64,000 nt of DNA, from assembly GCA_043228905.1 (NCBI GenBank), contig JBHGNT010000003.1, positions 4,154,001 to 4,218,000 of the forward strand, given 5' to 3'. Each line of letters begins with the position of its first letter. Position 1 is the stretch's first letter. This DNA comes from Azolla caroliniana. Taxonomy: Eukaryota; Plantae; Polypodiophyta. Positions 54,729-64,000 of this stretch are shown here, piece after piece. The notes below the pieces were generated by a model that saw nothing but the letters and a program-made list of their open reading frames with translations, was not told the origin of the DNA and did not search any database. The position numbers and the translations under genes were made by a program.

Positions 54729-56453
54729 ATGAATATCAAGGTAGAGGAAAGAACAACACGCACACACATGCACACCCACCCATTAAACTTGATCACTTCC
54801 ATGGCCATCTCTGTGGCTTCTCCCCATCCCCACCCTCTATGGGATCATGGGTCTTCTCCACGAGCTATGGTGGGAACCCACTTCATATCTAGCTCAAACC
54901 TCCATTTGGGCGCTCTCGATTTCTCCCGACGTGAGGGAAAAACTCATCGTCTCCCTCATCTCATTCCACCCCTTTTGGCTCAAGATGGATCTTCTACCAT
55001 CATTTCTGAGAGTCTTGCTGTGGACGCTACCCGACCAGAGAAAATCTCAGAAGAATCTAGCCTTGCATATGTACCAATTTCTGTTTTAATGTATGATCAC
55101 GACCCAGATGTGGATGATTTAGCATTCGCTTTGCAAGAATGTAAAGATTCCATGGACCTTCTAGGAGGTGAGTATATACATGCCCATATCATCTCTTGTG
55201 GTCATGACTCCGATAGATACTTAAGTAACCTTCTTATCTTGTTATATGGGAAATGTGGCTCCATAGAGTCTGCAGAATGCGTGTTTCATAAGATCCTCAC
55301 CCCTAATGTTTACTCCTGGAACATCTTGATCAATGCATATGTGAGAAATAATGAATTGCATAAGGCAAAGAGTGCTTTTGATAGTATGACACGACGAAAT
55401 GTTGCCTCGTGGAATGCAATAATCTCAGCACTTGCACAATCTGGAGATGGAAGAGATGCATTAACATATTATCACAAAATGTTGGATGAGGGAATTGAAC
55501 CAGATCCCATTACATTCGCTTCAGCAATTGATGCGTGTGCTGGAATCTCTTCACTAGAAGATGGGTTGAAGATACATTCATCACTTGTTGAATATGGATT
55601 CATATCAAATATGATTGTTGTCACGGCTTTAATTAATATGTATGGGCAATGTGGGCATTTGGACATAGCAAATGGATTGTTCCAAGTTTTACCATATCAT
55701 GATGTCTTGTCTTGGAGTGCAATGATTGCATCTTATGTAAAAAATGAATCCTACAAAGAAGCTTTTGTAGTGTTTCAACAAATGCTTAAATCTGGTATCC
55801 ATCCAAGTAGAGCAACTTTCTTGGCTATACTTGATGCATGTAGTAATCTCGGAGATGTTTCGATAGGTTATGACTTGCATGCACTTATATTATCAGAGCA
55901 CATGGAATTTGATATTGCCATCGATAATGCCCTTATCAATATGTATGGAAAGTGTCGGAGCCTATCTGAAGCAATTTTCGTGTTTCGCAAAATGCTTGAA
56001 AGGGATGTGGTCACGTGGACCAGCATTATTTATGTGCATGCAGTAAATGACCAAGGAAAGAAAGCTTTGGAGTTATTTTATGAAATGCAAGCAGAGTCAA
56101 TTGAACCAAATAATGTCACCTTATCAGTTATTTTAGACGCCTGTGCAAGTATGCATGCCCTTTCAGAGGGCCTTCTTATCCATAGGTATAGTGTCTGTAG
56201 AGGTATAGATACAGATTATATCATGAGAATCAATCTCATCAATATGTATGGCAAGTGTAGGATGTTGGATGAAGCAAAAGCTGTGTTTTATAGCTTAGTT
56301 GAACCGGAGACAGTTGCTTGGAATGCTATTTTATCTGCATGTGTACAGAATGACAGTTATGTTGATGCAGCAATCCTCTTTCGACAGATGAAATCAACAG
56401 GTGGCACACCAAACCCATATACCTTAGCTATCATGCAAGGTACTGGATCATAA
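54729..56453 (+). CDS. PLS-class PPR protein without E/DYW tail, likely plastid-targeted (probable start ATG 54801), intronless
   Basis: 574-aa ORF; Ser/Pro/His-rich N-terminus MAISVASPHPHP...; repeated LINMYGKC, DVVTWTSII and PNNVTLSVILDAC motifs; ends mid-array. Confidence 0.88.
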   Translation: MNIKVEERTTRTHMHTHPLNLITSMAISVASPHPHPLWDHGSSPRAMVGTHFISSSNLHLGALDFSRREGKTHRLPHLIPPLLAQDGSSTIISESLAVDATRPEKISEESSLAYVPISVLMYDHDPDVDDLAFALQECKDSMDLLGGEYIHAHIISCGHDSDRYLSNLLILLYGKCGSIESAECVFHKILTPNVYSWNILINAYVRNNELHKAKSAFDSMTRRNVASWNAIISALAQSGDGRDALTYYHKMLDEGIEPDPITFASAIDACAGISSLEDGLKIHSSLVEYGFISNMIVVTALINMYGQCGHLDIANGLFQVLPYHDVLSWSAMIASYVKNESYKEAFVVFQQMLKSGIHPSRATFLAILDACSNLGDVSIGYDLHALILSEHMEFDIAIDNALINMYGKCRSLSEAIFVFRKMLERDVVTWTSIIYVHAVNDQGKKALELFYEMQAESIEPNNVTLSVILDACASMHALSEGLLIHRYSVCRGIDTDYIMRINLINMYGKCRMLDEAKAVFYSLVEPETVAWNAILSACVQNDSYVDAAILFRQMKSTGGTPNPYTLAIMQGTGS

Positions 56454-56859
56454 ATTCTTGTGTGAAAGTTAAGAAGGAGCATGCTGCGTACACAATTTAA
56501 AGGAATGGTGTGGTGTCCTTATCAAACGTTTTTGCTGGGACTCACCGTCTGAATATGTATAAATGTGTCTAAACAAAGATAAGTGATTTGAGGTCCAATG
56601 ACAACACTGTGGACCATGCCTGAATTGGTTCAAATTGAACACATTTGAGTGTTTATTTATTGACAACAACAAACTATGCTATATGATTGATATTCTTTAT
56701 AACACGGCTTTGGGGATGTGCCATTAAAAACTCATTCTTAACCAAATGAGTTTGTCCCAGTTCTTTATGGAGCGCAGGCACCAATGGGAATTAGTTAGGT
56801 GATTATCATGTACCCTTAGAACATCATACTATGATCTGTTGATATCTCGTTTTTGGTAT

Positions 56860-57043
56860 GCAATCAGATGTTATATAATTGCTATAAAGAGCTTTCACAT
56901 TTAAAGCATAAGGCGTACTTTTGAAAGAGATGTACATGGAGATTACTTGCAATCAGATGCTATATAATTGCTATAAGGAGCTTTGACATTTAAAGCATAA
57001 GGCGTATGTCCTTTTGAAAGAGATGTACATGGAGATTACTTGC
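56860..57043. repeat. Tandem duplication, ~90 bp x2
   Basis: GCAATCAGATG.TATATAATTGCTATAA...GAGATGTACATGGAGATTACTTGC occurs twice. Confidence 0.88.
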
Positions 57044-57669
57044 CCACATGTTGCGCAATAATGCTGTAGTTGCTAGTTTTATCATATGTTGTTTTTGGGT
57101 GTTACTGAATTATGTACCAACAAGTCCAAGCAGATTGGACCAACCAAACTGATTCCAAAGCGTCACAGTACATCCAAATTGTTAATTCGGCAAGATGCCA
57201 TGAGCTATATGGATATCACGTAACTACAAATTCTTCAATCATTCTGTTGTAGATCATACATGGTATTATTGTCTCCCCCCCCCATGTCTCCCCCCCCCAT
57301 GATACATCTATTGACAATTTTCAAATATCCTTGAGCCCTTTTGAGCAAAATTTGTACATCAGTATTTTATTTATTTTAAATTTGAAGGGGGGTGGGGTTC
57401 ACCTCACCTTGAGGTTTCCCCTAGTAATATCAAGAAATGTTATTAAGAAAAAGGATTCCAATGTACATGCTGAATATCATGGGTGGCATTCTTCGGTAAA
57501 GTAATTCTAGACCACAATCATAACAACTTACACTGCACACTCTGAAAATACTCAACAGCTTTGGTGGACATAATTCCATTGCATATGTTGGATATCATTG
57601 GTGGCATACTCAGATGAAGTCCTACATCACTATCATAATGTGTAGGTTGGTAATGATATGTTGTTACAA

Positions 57670-59831
57670 CTATATATTTGATAGTATAATATAAGGTGCA
57701 GTGTTTTGTGGGTCTGCTTGAAAACATTGACTGGCCACTTTAAATCCACGTTGCTCATCAACATGTATTTTACAAGCTGATAACAAACTTAGCCATGCAA
57801 CACTAATGTTTGAAAATGGTGCCTTATTGATAAGGTACTCTGCCTCGTTCAAATGGCCAGCACGGGCAAGAAGGTTAATCATGCAATTATAGTGATTTCT
57901 TGTGTATAAAATTGTCTGGTTTTGATTGATCCCTGAGAAGAAATACCAAGCATTGTTGAGATGTCCAGTGTGACTGCAAGCATTAAGGGCACTCGTGAAT
58001 GTGATTTCATTCGGTTTCACATTTTCATTATGCATATGATGAAAACACTCCACACATTTAGATGGGAAACCATTCAATGCATATGTTGTGATCATAGTGG
58101 TCCAAGTCACCACATTCCTAGATTTCAGTTTAGTGAAAACATGGATGGCATCACGGAGGCATCCACACTTACCATACAGATTTACTAGTGTATTTCCTAC
58201 CACTGTATCAATGTCATAACCAGAGTCGATGACAGCAGTGTGTATACATTGACCATCTGTAAGGGTGGCGAATTTACAACAGGCATCAAGAGCACACGCA
58301 AAAGTGACCTTGTCGGGCTTAATGCTTTTTGCATACATCTCATAAAGCAACTTTAGAACTTCCTCAACATGATTATGGGTATGCATGTAGCTCGAGAACA
58401 AGCTTGTCCAAGAGATAACATCTCTGCAGTGCATTTTTCTGAATACCCCCCTTGCATCGTTTGTACTCGACAACTTAGTATACATGTCAATCAATGCATT
58501 GCCAACAATCAGATCTTTTTCGGATTGATTCTCAATTATGGCAGTGTGTATAGCATGTCCATCTTTGAGACATGTATTTTTTGTGCATGCTTCAAGGGCG
58601 CATACAAACGTAGTATTATCTGGCTTAATATCACCACGAACAGCCTGATACAACAGAGGCAAGGACTTATTAATTTCCTCACTCATATTTAATGCTTTCA
58701 TCATAGCATTCAAAGTTACTACATTCTTGTGGTTCATTTTATAGAAAACATGAAACCCAGATTGTAGACAACCACATTTTGTATACATATGAATTAGGTT
58801 TGTACCCACGGTAACATCTTGTTCTAAACCACTACAAACAATTGCAGAGTGTATTTTTTGTCCTTCTATCAAGAGCATACATGCATCTATAGCACAAACA
58901 AATGTGACATTGTTCGGATTGATGCCTTTGGCCCGCATCTTGTAGAAGAGACTTAATGCTTCTTTTGGGTGGCCATTTTGGCTCATTGTTCCAATCATGG
59001 CAGTCCACGTAATAACATTGTGATGAGAAATCTTTGTAAAAGCTCTCCATGCACAATTTAGATTCTTACATTTGCCATACAAGGTTACCAACGTAGTACC
59101 TACAATGGAATCTCTCTCACAACTTTCTTGGGCAATGATATTATGAATTAACATGCCTTCTTCGAGATCACACAACTTCACACATGCATCTAAAACACAA
59201 ACAAAAGTGATATTATTAGGATTAAATCCATTTGCACTCATGGAGTGGAAAAGACCCAAAGCCTCCTTGTTCTTCCCATTCTGGGCACACCCTCGTATAA
59301 TGATATTCCAAGAAACAACGTCCCAAACAGGCATCCTTGTAAAAATGGAGAGTGCGCTCTCCAGGCACCCATTTTGGGTATAAGCATTGATCAATAAGTT
59401 CCATGAGTATACATTGTTGAGATGGAGAGATCCATGATCAAACATGCATTGGGCATCATGGATGCATCCACAATCACCATACATTTGAATGAGGCAATTC
59501 ACAAGAAAAGTGTCTCTATCAAAGCCATATTGAAGGACAATGTCATGTACAACTTTACCTTGAAAGAGGTTATTGGATCTGCGTGCTTGGTTCAGGAGGA
59601 GAGAAAAGTGGATGATGGGTCTGTGTTTAGTTGAGAACTCTGAGAGATGTGGGTTTTCTTTTGTCTGGTTAGTAGAAACTCTTGCTCTCCAGAGATGAGT
59701 AGCCTCTTTCCCCATAAGACGAATTCCCTCTCGTTATGTTTTTTGGAAAAACCAGCATTCACCATTCCATCATTTGTTTTAGTTTTTGAAGTTATGGAGC
59801 ATATGAAGGAAAGGGGGACACCCCATAACAT
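57670..59831 (-). CDS. PLS-E PPR protein (main ORF 57670-59715; probable true N-terminus from 59831 is offset by a 1-nt frameshift); possibly pseudogenising
   Basis: 681-aa ORF of P-L-S triplets with HYNCMINLLARAG and E motif WLSLLSACKIH...APYIILSNI*; a stop replaces the usual Y of LSNIY. Confidence 0.85.
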
Positions 59832-61825
59832 GATTCATGGATTGAGGAGACAAAGAAATTGTCGAGACTCTTGGAGCTCTTAAATCTTCTTTGCCAAGAG
59901 CCAACAAATATGTTTCAGGCACACATCAAATCCCATCACTTTAATGACATGCGTTTGAACTCTTCCCTAGGGCCATGGCCCATCCCTATAGAATAGTTCA
60001 TCACATGGTTCTGCAAAGCATAACAACAAGTCTTATCACCACAAAAACAATTGGTGCATCCAAAATCACAAGGTGCTCATTATTACACCATAAGAAACAT
60101 CTACCAAAAAATGGAAGGTTGCAAAATAAGGGAAAGATGATGAATACTACATGTTATCTACCTTGGCCCATGGTACCAAACAGTCATTATAAAGTACTAT
60201 CCTTAGCTACATAGGCATGGTGGAAAATGTGGCAACATTTTAAAATTTTGGGTCAAGAAAATAGTGTAGATAAACCACTTGGAGTCAAGCCTTGGATGAA
60301 CAAGAGTGAATACACATTGTATTGTAGATTTATCATAGGGGCATACTAAGCACATATCTTCAATTTATCATCCCTCTTCAATAATTGTGATTTGGTGCCC
60401 TACTCAACGTAACTTTTTTTCCTACATTCTATCTCCATGTTCTGGATTGTACACATGAGAATTTCTTTCTTTCTCACAATATATTCAATACTCACAAGGT
60501 GGTGAAACATGCTCCCTAAGAGAAAGGACAGGTTGGAAGAACTAGATAACCAATATATAGGTGCTGACCGATGAAAACACCGAGATGTTGATGTGGATCA
60601 ATATAAAGAGCCAAGTTATAAAGTACGAAAAGGTGAAAACTACCCCTGTTCCAACCCGTCCATGATACACCCGTTAAAAGTCTGATGGTACATCAATGAA
60701 AACCTTAAAATTACAATTTGCACTTACCAGATTTCCCCTCTTTTCATTGTCAATGGAGTTGTGCAACATTTCTAATTCCCCATACTCAAATTTCTATTTT
60801 ATTCTTGACAATTCATGCCTTTAGATAGATGTTCTATTTATTGCCATGGTTCTTAAAAGGTTATTCAAAAGATAACAAATTATGTGTTCTTATAGACGAG
60901 AAAAGGTAAATGTAGCATTTCTTGGTTGGGATGAAATAACATTTATACTCGAAAAAGACTTGAAAGAGCAACATTATCAATTTGTACGAGTGTACAATAG
61001 CTTGAAGGTTTTCATTGCTTAAATTTAAGTTCATGGGTACTCATCCTTGGATTCAAGTATGTTGGCAATCTCGTTTACATTTCCCAGCAGAAAATTTTGT
61101 TCCTTACAATAATGGTAGTTGTAAGCCTCCATTAACCGAAATGAGACGATGTGTTATGATCTTCAAGTCTACAAACATGGATGACAGGTTTATCTTAAGC
61201 TAGATAAAGTGAACAGTCAATAATTTCACAAATAAATTTGTGGATTTTCACCTCACATTAGAGGTTTCCCAACACTTCTCACATAATATATTAAAAAATG
61301 AGAAAGGTTATATGAATCTCTAGAATCTAGTCGTTCATGAGCTAGAGCTGTACCAATTATATTGGCAAAATACCTGTATTCAAGAATCTTGGTATTCTCT
61401 TTCACTGCATGCATGAGCCATAAAGGAGAAAAGAATGTTCTGAATGCTTAAATAACGCCAATTTCTTCATCATCTCTTTGACAAAATAGATGCTCTGCGG
61501 CACGTTAATACCATGGTCATTATCAAATGACTCACATGAAAGAAAGGTCTCAAAAAATGGTGTCATAGTTGAAGGGTGCATCTGCCTGTGGCTTCCATCG
61601 AAAGAATCAACTTGAAATGTGTTGGTCTCCTCAGCATGAATGGAAGCTATGTTGACCGGCTTTACACCTGGCTTTTTTGTATAAATGCAATACACATATT
61701 TGTGACTTTTTTGCATCTCCCCCTGAGAATGGGTTATAACATACTGCAGGACAAGGAGTTGCACATTGATTGTCCACGTGATAAATACACAAGAACCTTA
61801 AACAAATTAGACCTCACTTACATGC

Positions 61826-63995
61826 TTATATTCCCAACTCTTTGAATAGGCAGCCCACAGAGGGCTTTACTCCACTCTGACAAGCAACTAGAGACTCTCC
61901 ATTTGTACAGTCTTTAATTATGAGGGCAGGGTCCTTCCCACCTCCATGTTGGAGTAGACGTGTTCGAAGAATATAACCAGCATCCGGAGAAAGAGGATCT
62001 GCATCACACACTATATCCCAGATGTTTGCTGCAAAGCATCTCGCATATAAATAGCTATAATATCCTATAAACAAAAGAGTTACAAATGATCAGATTGTTA
62101 TTTTTTTTGGTTTGATGGGCTAATAAATGAATGAAAAAGTGCAGAAAACCCGAAAACCCAAGTCTTCAACGACTAATTGCCTAAATCTTAAGTCTTCAAT
62201 GACCATAAGCATTAGTTTCCTTCATACTAAGTAGAAACGGATGTCAGAAATACAGTCTATACTTTGCTAAGTAGCATTTTATGCTTCCCCTCTATCATTG
62301 TCAGACATTTATTAATTCATGAATTGGTCATGCTATCTGATTTAACACACCAGCACCATAAGTAACCAAATGGTTGAACCTTGTCTGCCAATGAGTTCCA
62401 TCCACATGTTTCCAACTACTATGTTTATGTTTCAATGAGGAAATGACAGAAGTAGTATCCTCAGCCATAAGAGGCTGCTCTGCAAAATAAGCTTGATCGA
62501 TCATCGCATATAAAACCTACAAATCAACAGCAAAATGTCATGAGCGAAATCTAACTAGAACAGAAAATACACACGGGGAAAAATATCTGGGCAGCCTTGG
62601 AAAAAGGTCTGATTCTACAAACGGACAAATTAGGAAAATTTTCAGAACATGATATTCTTCTAAGCGTGCTAATGGTGAAGATGATTCTCTTCCATCTTAA
62701 TGCTGCAGTGAAGTCCACATTCTAGTTTTACCATAACAACTTGCAACTCAGATGTGCAAACAAATACCATTAGTGACTGTACAATATATGAACTGTGAAA
62801 TGAACACCATAAATCAATGGAGATATGAAGAACAAGGCTTACATTATTCAAATAATCATTGAAAACATTTGTCAATAATGAAAGATAGATTTAATAACAG
62901 AATTTGATAAAAAATCGTTGTTTCATGAATTATCAACAAAATAGTTTTGCAATAGATTTAGCAGAGATTCAATGTACAAATATACGTAAAATAAAGAAAA
63001 CAAAAGCCCAAAGAAAATGAAAGTGAAAACAAAAAACAAAAGCAGCACCACCGAGAATATCACTCATAAAAGTGCTAGAAATGTGGCTTTCACCAATTAG
63101 CCTACTCCATCAAAAAGCATCGCTACCCACAATACCAATGCATAGAAGTGTAGAAAACAAATCCTTCATCATCCTGTCATCCCTTAGTGGAGTCCAATTT
63201 AATGATAATAGTTTAATAACATTAATATTTTAATTCAGGAATGCCTCTTCTATACAACAAACGGGAAAGCAACAAAGCCTGCACTAGCAAAGAAGTTAAG
63301 TCCTAGTCATCTCTTCCTCTTCCCAATCACTTCTACTAATGCTTGTCATCTCCTATTTTATGTTTCCGTCTAGTGGCAGTATTTCTCTTCCACTCACCTC
63401 CTGATGACTGTTCGAAGTATCTTATTCATGATGAGTGAACATACTTGCCTATACCTATGTAAATACAAACAAAAAGGTTCAGATTGCCTTTGCGTTCCCC
63501 CCAGGGCTGGCCACTATGGTGTAAGATCATATTAAGTTCACATCTGCCCATGCGCAAAGAAAGAAAGATATATTAACGTCTTTTAAGAGGCCAAAAAGGC
63601 CTATAAGACCAAACAATAAAAAAATAATAAGGCCACCCAAAAAAAATGTAACAGAAACTACCATAAACCAAACATAGGCATACAGATGTGGACATAAAAG
63701 AAAGTAGTTATCAAAGCATATCCAATGCCTTCGCATAGAAATATAGAGCACACCAATACTTACCGAAAGTTCTAAATTTATTGCAAAGATTTATTTGCCG
63801 ATAAAGGAATATCAAACGAAGAGTGTCAACATAACTATTAAAGAAAATTGACCAGATACCTGTCGTTGTAGCTCAGTTGCAACGAACATGTTCTTAGCTT
63901 TCTTCATTGATTCGACAAGCTGCAAAGGAATTTCTTCTCCAGTTGAATAGTGTTTGGCAAATCCTTTTAGTACACGATGATCCCATGCATAATAC
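61826..63995 (-). CDS. OCT1: Mitochondrial intermediate peptidase (peptidase M3, OCT1/MIP), last three exons 63995-63860, 62516-62351, 62064-61826; gene continues beyond the window
   Basis: YYAWDHRVLKGFAKHYSTGEEIP...ATELQRQ | VLYAMIDQ...HVDGTHWQTRFNHLVTYGA | GYYSYLYARCFAANIW...LLQHGGGKDP; GT-AG junctions in frame. Confidence 0.92.
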
Positions 63996-64000
63996 CTATA

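Noticed and set aside
61402-61764. Independent 120-aa gene after MIP
   Set aside because: GTG start, no recognisable domain and within the expected MIP 3' UTR; kept only as part of the read-through hypothesis
63395-63440. C/D snoRNA suggested by TGATGA motifs in the MIP intron
   Set aside because: Motifs are on the strand opposite the host transcript, and no terminal stem or D box arrangement is evident

Overview
Eukaryotic land-plant nuclear DNA, with GT-AG introns, microsatellites and decayed TEs. It is most likely a fern: the PLS-PPR genes carry 36-aa L motifs, and RTE-X-like LINEs and a copia with a lysine-rich 3' extension are present. Short introns and high gene density suggest a small-genome species (inference only). 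Genes: the 3' part of a large acidic protein ending in a CaaX box (1-2354); an intact 11-exon SQD2 sulfolipid synthase (6944-9735) with two P1BS phosphate-starvation elements and an upstream 4x CCACGTCA array; a multiply frameshifted PLS-E PPR pseudogene (21.5-24.3 kb); a 7-exon RING-CH/DUF3675 E3 ligase (37754-40518); a cluster of three more PLS-PPR genes (51.8-59.8 kb); and the last three exons of mitochondrial intermediate peptidase (minus strand, 61826-63995). Intergenic DNA holds a deleted Ty1/copia with 5' LTR and PBS, a probable solo LTR, three RTE-X-like LINE relics (one interrupted by an L1), an L1 3' stub, a gypsy integrase relic, a clean hAT MITE (18-bp TIR, 8-bp TSD) and many 70-350 bp tandem duplications. 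I see no convincing wholly new system. The best leads are the DYW-less, terminally eroded PPR set, a possible spliced read-through from MIP into the downstream PPR, a candidate poison exon in MIP, and the SQD2 promoter architecture.
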